DNA of 64,000 nucleotides from a virus: IMG/VR virus record IMGVR_UViG_3300002026_000015, positions 32,001 to 96,000 of that record; one strand, 5' to 3'. Shown piece by piece: positions 42,354 to 50,049 of this stretch (position 1 is its first letter; each line of letters starts with the position of its first letter). The notes under the pieces were generated by a model. It saw only the letters and a program-made list of their open reading frames with translations, ran no database searches and was not told where the DNA came from. The position numbers and the translations under genes were made by a program.

Positions 42354-42461
42354 TCGTTATATTGGGGGAGAATATCCCCCAATATAATATATGTATTAAA
42401 GGTTATATGAAGTGTATATAAAGTATTGTTTAGAATTATAAATCTTTACTTGGAGGATATC

Positions 42462-42494
42462 ATGGGACCATTCTTACCACCATATGGGAAATAA
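42462..42494 (+). CDS. 10-aa micropeptide MGPFLPPYGK (monocistronic)
   Basis: Early-type promoter TGTATATAAAGTATTG (42413-42428), RBS GGAGG (42452-42456), ATG..TAA, then terminator agaggcgc-attta-agcgcctc plus T-run. Confidence 0.6.
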   Translation: MGPFLPPYGK

Positions 42495-42650
42495 AGAAAA
42501 AAAAGAGGCGCATTTAAGCGCCTCTTTTTTTATTTAATAAATCGATTTTTTAAAAAATTTGTTATTTATATATTTAGTTATGAGTAAAGGTAATAGAATA
42601 TGGGTGATTCTAGTATCTGGTAATTAAACAAAACAAATGAGGAGTCTATT

Positions 42651-43616
42651 ATGACTGAAGCGACTATTTTTACACCAACAAATGATCAAATCAATGATGA
42701 ATTCATTTTCGGAACACTGATTTGTGCGAAGAGCACTTTGCTCCTCTCTAAGGAAATTTCATATGATGATTATGAACTCCTTGAGAAACTTACAGGACTG
42801 TGCAGTGAAACTATGGCGACATTGCCAGAATCCGAATGGAAATCAAAAGTTAACTGTGATTCAGTGCGGAAGTTTTTCATCTTCTCAAAATTGAACGATA
42901 AAGTTATTGTAAAATTCGATCATGAAACTTTTCAGAAGTATATACTTGCAATGGGGGAAATCGCAAAAGGTTCTGAAAACCTTGTAAGTATACTCGACAA
43001 TCTTGTCAACGGTAAAACTGATACTATGGCGGCTCCGGTCCATGATGAAGATGACCATGGTAAATCTGTACACATTATTGGTTCTGCAAGTAATGATATT
43101 GAAGCGCCTGTTGAAACTGGAAACGTTAAAAGTTCTGATAAAGTTGTTGAAGATCAGTTCGAACTTACAGAGTTTGGAAAGAAATTTATTCAAATCCTCA
43201 ACGATACCAAAGATGGGGATGAATTCGGCGATATCCTTACTGATCTGACACTCGGTGAACTTTGCTTCAGACACTTCAAGCGTGATGATACCAAACCACG
43301 GATTCCTTCTGAAAAGGCTCAGGAAATCCTTGGAAAGTTCATCGCATTTGGAGTAAAAGCAAATATCAAGAGTGTATTCCATGAACTTGGAAACGTTCGT
43401 ATTCTCGACCTCGGAACTGAAACCGATGATGAACCAATGATCATTGTCACTGAAAATGTAACAGTACACGATGATACCACATATGAAGTAGTTGAACCTG
43501 CATCCAAGGTTAAACCTCTTCGCGGCGATGGTACACCAATGACAAACAAGGAGATTAAGGCAATGAATCGTCGAGCAAAACAAAATGCTGCTCGTCATCA
43601 TGCCGTACATCACTAA
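42651..43616 (+). CDS. hypothetical early protein
   Basis: 321 aa, RBS gaggag, early promoter at 42567-42582. Confidence 0.7.
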   Translation: MTEATIFTPTNDQINDEFIFGTLICAKSTLLLSKEISYDDYELLEKLTGLCSETMATLPESEWKSKVNCDSVRKFFIFSKLNDKVIVKFDHETFQKYILAMGEIAKGSENLVSILDNLVNGKTDTMAAPVHDEDDHGKSVHIIGSASNDIEAPVETGNVKSSDKVVEDQFELTEFGKKFIQILNDTKDGDEFGDILTDLTLGELCFRHFKRDDTKPRIPSEKAQEILGKFIAFGVKANIKSVFHELGNVRILDLGTETDDEPMIIVTENVTVHDDTTYEVVEPASKVKPLRGDGTPMTNKEIKAMNRRAKQNAARHHAVHH

Positions 43617-43666
43617 GTTTGTAAAACAGATAAGAAGATAGGGGATTTCTCCCCTATCTTTTTTTT

Positions 43667-44137
43667 TCAATCTTCGAAGATGAAATCATCATCATCATAA
43701 ATTGGAGCATTAGGATCAACAGTAGTTGTTGTGTCAAAACTTGAAGGATCTAGAGTTTTTCTAGCAAGGTCAAGTTTTCCAGCATTTTTCAACTGCTGCT
43801 TCCACATCTCTTCATGGTTATTAATGAGAACGCTCTCACCATTTTCACCACGAATAAGAACTTTTTTATGATGAGCATTAAATACTGGAATCTGAGTTAC
43901 CGGATCTATATGCTGCTTATAAGTTCTTTCACTTAAATCTTTTTCAACCTCATCAAGATTTATTTTTTTAAGCTCTTTTGTAAAGTTAGCTTCAATTCTA
44001 GTATGACATTTGAAATTAGTATCTATAGGAATATCCTTAGACTGGATAGGAATTACAGGGACTGTTGAAAAACCTAAATTATCTGACATACTAGTTTCAC
44101 CTGTCACAATTTCAAAATCGATATCGCCATTATTCAT
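43667..44137 (-). CDS. hypothetical protein (late)
   Basis: 156 aa downstream of the gp25-like gene. Confidence 0.6.
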   Translation of the reverse strand: MNNGDIDFEIVTGETSMSDNLGFSTVPVIPIQSKDIPIDTNFKCHTRIEANFTKELKKINLDEVEKDLSERTYKQHIDPVTQIPVFNAHHKKVLIRGENGESVLINNHEEMWKQQLKNAGKLDLARKTLDPSSFDTTTTVDPNAPIYDDDDFIFED

Positions 44138-44138
44138 A

Positions 44139-44555
44139 TCAAATCTCCATTATGTTGGGGTTAACAATATTAACTCTTCTATCATTTCTAATAATATCTG
44201 CCGTGAATTTCAATGACGGAATCCCGGAAACAGTTATCATTATGTACGCCAATCTTGAATCGCTATCATCTCGAATTATCTGACAGTCGATATCATTGCG
44301 ATTATATCGACTTAATCCTTTAGATATAGCACTCTGAATTTGTTCTACACTTTCAGCGTAGTATAAGTTTAGTACATCATTGAATGAACCAGCTTCTGGA
44401 AACTCATCCAACGTTCCACGCTCCATATATAGAGTGTGTAGAATTGTAGTAACGATTTGGTTTATTTTAACCAGACCGTGGTCGTATAGCTTTTGTAGAT
44501 CATTGTTCACTATAGTTGGTGTAAAATCTACAACAGTTTTATCTTTTGTAATCAA
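44139..44555 (-). CDS. baseplate gp25-like protein
   Basis: ILHTLYMERGTLDEFPEAG resembles the gp25 pattern L.T..GE....P.FG; size fits; TTG start after gaggagga. Confidence 0.55.
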   Translation of the reverse strand: MITKDKTVVDFTPTIVNNDLQKLYDHGLVKINQIVTTILHTLYMERGTLDEFPEAGSFNDVLNLYYAESVEQIQSAISKGLSRYNRNDIDCQIIRDDSDSRLAYIMITVSGIPSLKFTADIIRNDRRVNIVNPNIMEI

Positions 44556-44573
44556 TATTCCTCCTCTAACTCC

Positions 44574-44623
44574 CAATAATATGTTTAACACTATATACAT
44601 TCTCAGACGAAAACATATTATTG
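44574..44623. promoter_or_regulatory. identical divergent late promoters forming a 13-bp inverted repeat
   Basis: CAATAATATGTTT (44574-44586) and AAACATATTATTG (44611-44623). Confidence 0.7.
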
Positions 44624-44645
44624 TAATAAAACAATGGAGAAAGAT

Positions 44646-45455
44646 ATGTCTAGAACAATTTCGTTGAAAGCCGCTAGTGCTAAAGTAAATTTATATAAGT
44701 GTCCAGAGTGTCCTAAGAAATTTACAAATACTGCGGGTTTACATAAACACGTCGCTGAAGACCATGGTGGAGTTATTCCGGACGAAGTATCGGTTAAGCA
44801 ATATATTTTCAATAGAAAATATAAAAAATCTCATGGTAAATGTGTAGTTTGTCCAAAGAAAACTAAGTGGAATGAAGAAAAAGGACGGTATGAAAGATAT
44901 TGTTCGGATGCGTGTGTAAAGAAAGCACGAGAAGAATTCCGTCGTAACTGTATGAGAAGGCTTGGAACAGATAATCCAGCTTCTACTCCAGAGCATCAAA
45001 TGAATGCAATCAAAGGTCGAAGTTATAGTGGAGAATATACATATAGTGATGGAGGAATAATTGGATATTCATCTAGTTATGAATTAGACTTCCTCATATT
45101 CTGTGATGAAACTTTAAAATTTCCTTCATCCGAAGTAATGCAGTGTGATATTATATTCAATTTTGAGTATGAAGGATCTGAAAGATTTCATATCCCAGAT
45201 TTTTATCTTCCAGTTTATAACCTTATTGTGAATATAAAGACTTTCCAAAATGGAAATTCAAATATTCAAGGAACTGCTAAAGATCGTCAGAAGCTTAGTG
45301 ATAAAGCTATTGTCGATAATGGTTCATACAACTATATAATGATCTTAGATAAAGAGTATACGGATCTAGTAAGTGTACTAAAGATCATCAAAGATAGATC
45401 CATGTCGTCCAATAATGATACTGGTGAAAAAATTGTTTCAATTCCAAAATATTAA
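44646..45455 (+). CDS. C2H2 Zn finger plus PD-(D/E)xK nuclease (TnsA / T4 gp4 head-completion-like)
   Basis: YKCPECPKKFTNTAGLHKHVAEDH; CVVC..RYCSDAC; YSSSYE..HIPDFYLP..IVNIK. Confidence 0.65.
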   Translation: MSRTISLKAASAKVNLYKCPECPKKFTNTAGLHKHVAEDHGGVIPDEVSVKQYIFNRKYKKSHGKCVVCPKKTKWNEEKGRYERYCSDACVKKAREEFRRNCMRRLGTDNPASTPEHQMNAIKGRSYSGEYTYSDGGIIGYSSSYELDFLIFCDETLKFPSSEVMQCDIIFNFEYEGSERFHIPDFYLPVYNLIVNIKTFQNGNSNIQGTAKDRQKLSDKAIVDNGSYNYIMILDKEYTDLVSVLKIIKDRSMSSNNDTGEKIVSIPKY

Positions 45456-45501
45456 TATGTAGGGGAGAAATCCCCTACATATTTTCAATTCCTTCAAGTG
45501 C

Positions 45502-45930
45502 CTAGGCATTCCCGACGTCGATATGGCAAACCCTTCCACGTTGACTAGTAATACCATGGTAAGAACCATCAAGTATGTAATAGTATAATATATCTCCAAA
45601 CAATGAATTTATAACCTTAGCAATTTCAAAACCTTTTACTTCAGGCATATCTCCATGTTCAGGAAAATAGAAGTCTACAGCTTTACACCTTAAGTGCATC
45701 GAACCTTTAGCTCCTGGCGGTTTACTATTGTCATTGGCGTGTTTACATCGATTTCCGCTAGTTACAAATATAGGTCTATTTCCAAATGCATTTATAATTC
45801 GTTGTAAAACTATTACTAAATTTGCATCAACTGTATCTAGACCACATCCACAATTACACGCAAACATGTCACGATATATATTTCTAGAAAGCTTAACCCT
45901 CCCAACAGCTTTTTTTCTAACTTTAGCCAT
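45502..45930 (-). CDS. M15A family Zn peptidase (peptidoglycan endopeptidase)
   Basis: FAC.CGC, VTSGNRC..AN, SMHLRCKAVDF, HID. Confidence 0.85.
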   Translation of the reverse strand: MAKVRKKAVGRVKLSRNIYRDMFACNCGCGLDTVDANLVIVLQRIINAFGNRPIFVTSGNRCKHANDNSKPPGAKGSMHLRCKAVDFYFPEHGDMPEVKGFEIAKVINSLFGDILYYYILDGSYHGITSQRGRVCHIDVGNA

Positions 45931-45944
45931 AATTCAACCAATCA

Positions 45945-47234
45945 TTAACAGTTCATTACGTCAAGATGTGTTAACTCATTATTTACAGAATAGCAATATA
46001 CTAATTCTCCAAATATAGATTCTATTTGTCTAACCACAATAGATGAAGCCATCCCATCAACTTTGATATCTACAGCTCGTCCATACATATGAGCCATAGT
46101 TTCTGAGCATAGTAACTTACCTTTGTATTTTGGACAAACGATACCAGTTTCTATAGTTATCTTATTATTAGAAATCTTATTCTGAAGACGCTGTAGTACA
46201 ACTACTAAATTTGCATCAACTGTATCAGATCCGCAACATTTGCATGCAAACATGTCCCGTATAAAATTTTTAGATAACTTTACACGATACTTAGTTTTTC
46301 CACGTGATCCAATTCTCCAATTATTATCACGTTTAATACCAGTTTGCAATTGTATAGATTGTACATCTACAGCTCCATTAGAACCTTTAACAACTGGACC
46401 AGATTCTGGATTTGAGGCTGTAGGTGTCGCGTTACCTTTAGAATCTTTAGCTACAGCTTTATCGTTATCATTACTTCCAGAAGAATCTCTAGCTTTATAA
46501 TTTGCAGGTAAGTAGCTTGACGTCGGTTTTAAACATGTAGTAGTTTTAGTGTGCCAATAGTTATCTACAACATAAGTTGGTCTACCACCCTTAATAACTA
46601 CTACAGAAGATGTGAAAAGTTTATCTTTTTTAGCAGTTGTTTCAGAATCTTGTCCAGGATTTATCTTCTTTCGGATTTTCTTCATATCGCCATTCATAGA
46701 ATTTAATCCGGCATACTTCCAATACATAAATCCTATTTCAACAAGACCTTCAAATGTTTTACTATACTTCAAGAAATCATCAAGAGACATTCCTTTTTGT
46801 TTGGCAAATACATTATAAACACCTTTACCAGTTACCTGTAGTATTCCGTGTCCTCGAAATTTCCAACCGTCTCCAACTTCGTTATTTCCAAGACCTTTTT
46901 TATCGGGACCTATAACTTGACCTGAAGAGTTCAATTCAGGACCATACATATAGTTTGCAATTAGTATAGGATTTCCACCATGAGCCCTAGCAAGATCAGG
47001 ACTTCCGCCATACTTACTAGGAAACACCCTCATAAGTCCAGAAGCATCATATCCTAAATTTTCTTCAAATGCGGTAAATCCACCAGTTTCTATGCCAGCT
47101 TGAGCAAGAAATGATGAAAGTCTATAAACAGTGTTTATTCCATACGGTCCGAGATATTTATTCAATTCATCGATGAAACAAACTGGAGCTCTTGGAAATA
47201 GAGCTTTAAAGACTTCAGGTCTTAAAATACCCAT
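45945..47234 (-). CDS. lysin: GH19 glycoside hydrolase plus C-terminal M15A domain
   Basis: FLAQAGIETGGF..EENL, GDGWKFRGHGILQVTGK, KINPG; linker; then FACKCC..AHMYGRAVDI..HLD. Confidence 0.85.
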   Translation of the reverse strand: MGILRPEVFKALFPRAPVCFIDELNKYLGPYGINTVYRLSSFLAQAGIETGGFTAFEENLGYDASGLMRVFPSKYGGSPDLARAHGGNPILIANYMYGPELNSSGQVIGPDKKGLGNNEVGDGWKFRGHGILQVTGKGVYNVFAKQKGMSLDDFLKYSKTFEGLVEIGFMYWKYAGLNSMNGDMKKIRKKINPGQDSETTAKKDKLFTSSVVVIKGGRPTYVVDNYWHTKTTTCLKPTSSYLPANYKARDSSGSNDNDKAVAKDSKGNATPTASNPESGPVVKGSNGAVDVQSIQLQTGIKRDNNWRIGSRGKTKYRVKLSKNFIRDMFACKCCGSDTVDANLVVVLQRLQNKISNNKITIETGIVCPKYKGKLLCSETMAHMYGRAVDIKVDGMASSIVVRQIESIFGELVYCYSVNNELTHLDVMNC

Positions 47235-47359
47235 ATTGCACTCCTTTAAATCATATTAGTACAATATAATGTTTTACGAAAATTCAATAACGAGCTATAA
47301 TTATATATTAAGTTATGATAGAGTTAAATGATTCATCCTTATGAAAGGGGTTGATATAA

Positions 47360-49510
47360 ATGGCACTCCGGAAACAAGAATGGAAAAGAACTACCAGAGG
47401 GGTTAGATATGATCCAAAATATTACACCGAAGTTAATGGATACCCGTTAACCCATGAAGGGACAATTATGCCTAAAAATGGAATTGATGAACTGGTGGAT
47501 ATCTTCGATCCAGAACTAGTTTCAAGAAACATGTATGAGCAGGAACTACTGCTCGATAGAATCTTCAATGATGTTGACGAGAATACTGTACTCGATGGTC
47601 CGACTGAAAAGTTCGGATTAACGTTGAGTAATATCAAAACCGTCAACTATCTGAGCGGTCAGAGAGGGGAAGACTTTAGAGTCAATCTGTGGAATATAAT
47701 TACACGGATCCCGAACCAAACCGCATTTAAGAATTCTGTATTAATGCTGCGTCAAATGATTCTCACGGAAATTGCAGATCTAATCGAAAACAAGCTTGCT
47801 GGCAATAATAACTATTATTATCAGTGTGCTGGTTTTGGAAGTTTCACCCTAACTTCTAAAGAAAAGAAATGTAAGATTCATGAAGCTTCATTTACAAAGT
47901 TTGCAGAATATTCTTCTCGTCATGGGAAGATTGGATTTACGGACTATGAAGTAAAGTTCGCATACCGTACTTCTCGAATCTACAAGGATCAGGATGATAC
48001 TCCTACCTTCATAGATTCTGAGGGAATGGTAATGGTTATTGATGAGATTCCTGGAGTCAACAAAGGAGTTGTTGATGAGGGAATTTACGTGATAAAGCAG
48101 ACTCCAGAGTTAGGAGCGAATACACCTTACAGTGTAATGCCTCTTCCTCTAGAAGGAGACTATGTAAAATCCGAAACCTTGAACGGAATATTCTTTCACA
48201 GTTATAAAGATTTTAAAGACTTCTTCCAAAGAGAGTATAAAGTTTCCTATGATTCTTGTACTCAGGATGAAAGAGTTTTCAAAGTTAAGAAACTTATTGG
48301 GAGAATCCTTTATGGAGGAATCACTGATACATCTCATGGATTTGCAAACGTTGTATCATGTTTCTCTCTAACAAGAAAAAATCTATGGATGACCTCCCCT
48401 GAATGGGGAGTGTCAGAAGTCTTAAATGTCATACCCGATGGAACTGATAATAATATTAGTTTCCAAAATGCATTAGCTGAAGTCGGCCTCTCAATGGATC
48501 TACTAAAAGGACACGATTATCTTATCAGACGCACTTTCATTGGAAGTGGAACTGGAAGAGTGTCTCCTCAAAGTACAAGACTTGAGAAGGTTAAGATTAA
48601 TCGAAAATCTGGATTATCCGATATAGCTAGTGCAGCGATGGATGAAGATTTAGCCCTCTACACCGAAACAGGTATCGGAGTATTCTCATCGAAGGATGCT
48701 GCCGAACGCTGTATGAAACATGGTGGTGGGGATATAACTAAATACGCAAAGTATATCAATGATAAAATTGGGAATAAAAGCGAGAAGAAAGAATTCTCTT
48801 CAGCTTTAAAGAATGCTGCTCTAGTTGGAGCAGGTGCGGCAATTCCCAAAATTGTAGAATATGCTATAGCTAGTAGACCAGTAACTGATACGACCGCGGC
48901 AGTGTTCGATACGGTATCTGGTGCAATTATGAAACCTATGCTTCCGCCGATGGGAACTCTTGCATCGAGCGCGTTGGTAAAGATTCAAACTACAGCAAAT
49001 AGCATCGCTACAGCAGTCTCAACATTCGCATCAACAATCGCACCTTATATTATACCAGTTGCTATCATTGCTGGTGTAGTTGCAGGTGGAAAATTCATAT
49101 ATGAAAAAGTTTCAGGTAAGGATGGTATCATGTCTAATATTTTTGATAAAGTAATCAGTGTATTCCAAAATGCTGGTTCAAACGTTGTAGATGCAGCATC
49201 AAACGGCGGAAGCAGTGTTGCAAACTTCTTCGGTGGAGTATTCGAATTTGTAAAGAAAACCGGTGTTGCAGTTTTCAATTTCGTTAAAGATAACTTCTTC
49301 TTCGCAGTTGAAACTGTAAAAAGAGTTTTCTCAAATATCGAAGGTGAAACACTGTTTGATAAAGCTGGTTCATTGTTTACAAACGTTCTCAATGGAATGG
49401 CTGATGTCGGAGGCAAAATCTGGGATTATGCAAAAACTGCGGGTTCTTGGGTTATCGAAAAAGTTTCAGGATTCTTCGGCTGGGCCGGTGGAATTCTCGG
49501 AATGTATTAA
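47360..49510 (+). CDS. large early protein with hydrophobic/amphipathic C-terminus
   Basis: 716 aa; early promoter at 47302-47317; TM-like IAPYIIPVAIIAGVVAGG and F/W-periodic amphipathic helices. Confidence 0.7.
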   Translation: MALRKQEWKRTTRGVRYDPKYYTEVNGYPLTHEGTIMPKNGIDELVDIFDPELVSRNMYEQELLLDRIFNDVDENTVLDGPTEKFGLTLSNIKTVNYLSGQRGEDFRVNLWNIITRIPNQTAFKNSVLMLRQMILTEIADLIENKLAGNNNYYYQCAGFGSFTLTSKEKKCKIHEASFTKFAEYSSRHGKIGFTDYEVKFAYRTSRIYKDQDDTPTFIDSEGMVMVIDEIPGVNKGVVDEGIYVIKQTPELGANTPYSVMPLPLEGDYVKSETLNGIFFHSYKDFKDFFQREYKVSYDSCTQDERVFKVKKLIGRILYGGITDTSHGFANVVSCFSLTRKNLWMTSPEWGVSEVLNVIPDGTDNNISFQNALAEVGLSMDLLKGHDYLIRRTFIGSGTGRVSPQSTRLEKVKINRKSGLSDIASAAMDEDLALYTETGIGVFSSKDAAERCMKHGGGDITKYAKYINDKIGNKSEKKEFSSALKNAALVGAGAAIPKIVEYAIASRPVTDTTAAVFDTVSGAIMKPMLPPMGTLASSALVKIQTTANSIATAVSTFASTIAPYIIPVAIIAGVVAGGKFIYEKVSGKDGIMSNIFDKVISVFQNAGSNVVDAASNGGSSVANFFGGVFEFVKKTGVAVFNFVKDNFFFAVETVKRVFSNIEGETLFDKAGSLFTNVLNGMADVGGKIWDYAKTAGSWVIEKVSGFFGWAGGILGMY

Positions 49511-49660
49511 TATCTTAAAAGTATGGGGCTCACCCTCCCATACTTTTTTTTCTATGGTTCTGTAATAACTTGGTTTTAATGTCTATATTAAGTTATGGTA
49601 GATTAGGGAAATAAGATAAGGTGTCTTATAACTCTACAACTTAAAATAAAGGAGTCTATC

Positions 49661-50014
49661 ATGAAGTATTCAATCAGAACAGTTATTGCTCTCATTCTCG
49701 CAATCATTCTCGTAGCAGTGGTTAAAGTTGGAAATGACAATACAGAGGTTAAAAACCTCTATGAGATGAACCAAGAAATTACAATGGTCAAATCCGCTTA
49801 CGCGGATACCATTGAAAACCTTGGCAAGGATGGCGGAGAGCCTTTGCGCTCCGCCATAATCGCATGTAACGTGGGCGATTCAACCCGTACGATCACCTGG
49901 GAGGGTGGTCTTAAAGAATGTCCTGCAAGGGATATTGTAAACCCTGTTGTTGCTGCAAATATCGCGGAACGCGATAGCGCTATAGCCAGCATTAAAGCTG
50001 ACTACGCAAAATAA
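49661..50014 (+). CDS. small signal-anchored/exported protein
   Basis: N-terminal hydrophobic helix, two Cys; early promoter at 49582-49597. Confidence 0.65.
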   Translation: MKYSIRTVIALILAIILVAVVKVGNDNTEVKNLYEMNQEITMVKSAYADTIENLGKDGGEPLRSAIIACNVGDSTRTITWEGGLKECPARDIVNPVVAANIAERDSAIASIKADYAK

Positions 50015-50049
50015 GGTAAGGGGGATTTCTCCCCCTCCTTATTTTTTTT

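Noticed and set aside
42885-43670. 261-aa minus-strand ORF
   Set aside because: Lies antisense to the 321-aa gene that has the promoter and RBS, starts across a terminator, and has an I/F-rich shadow composition
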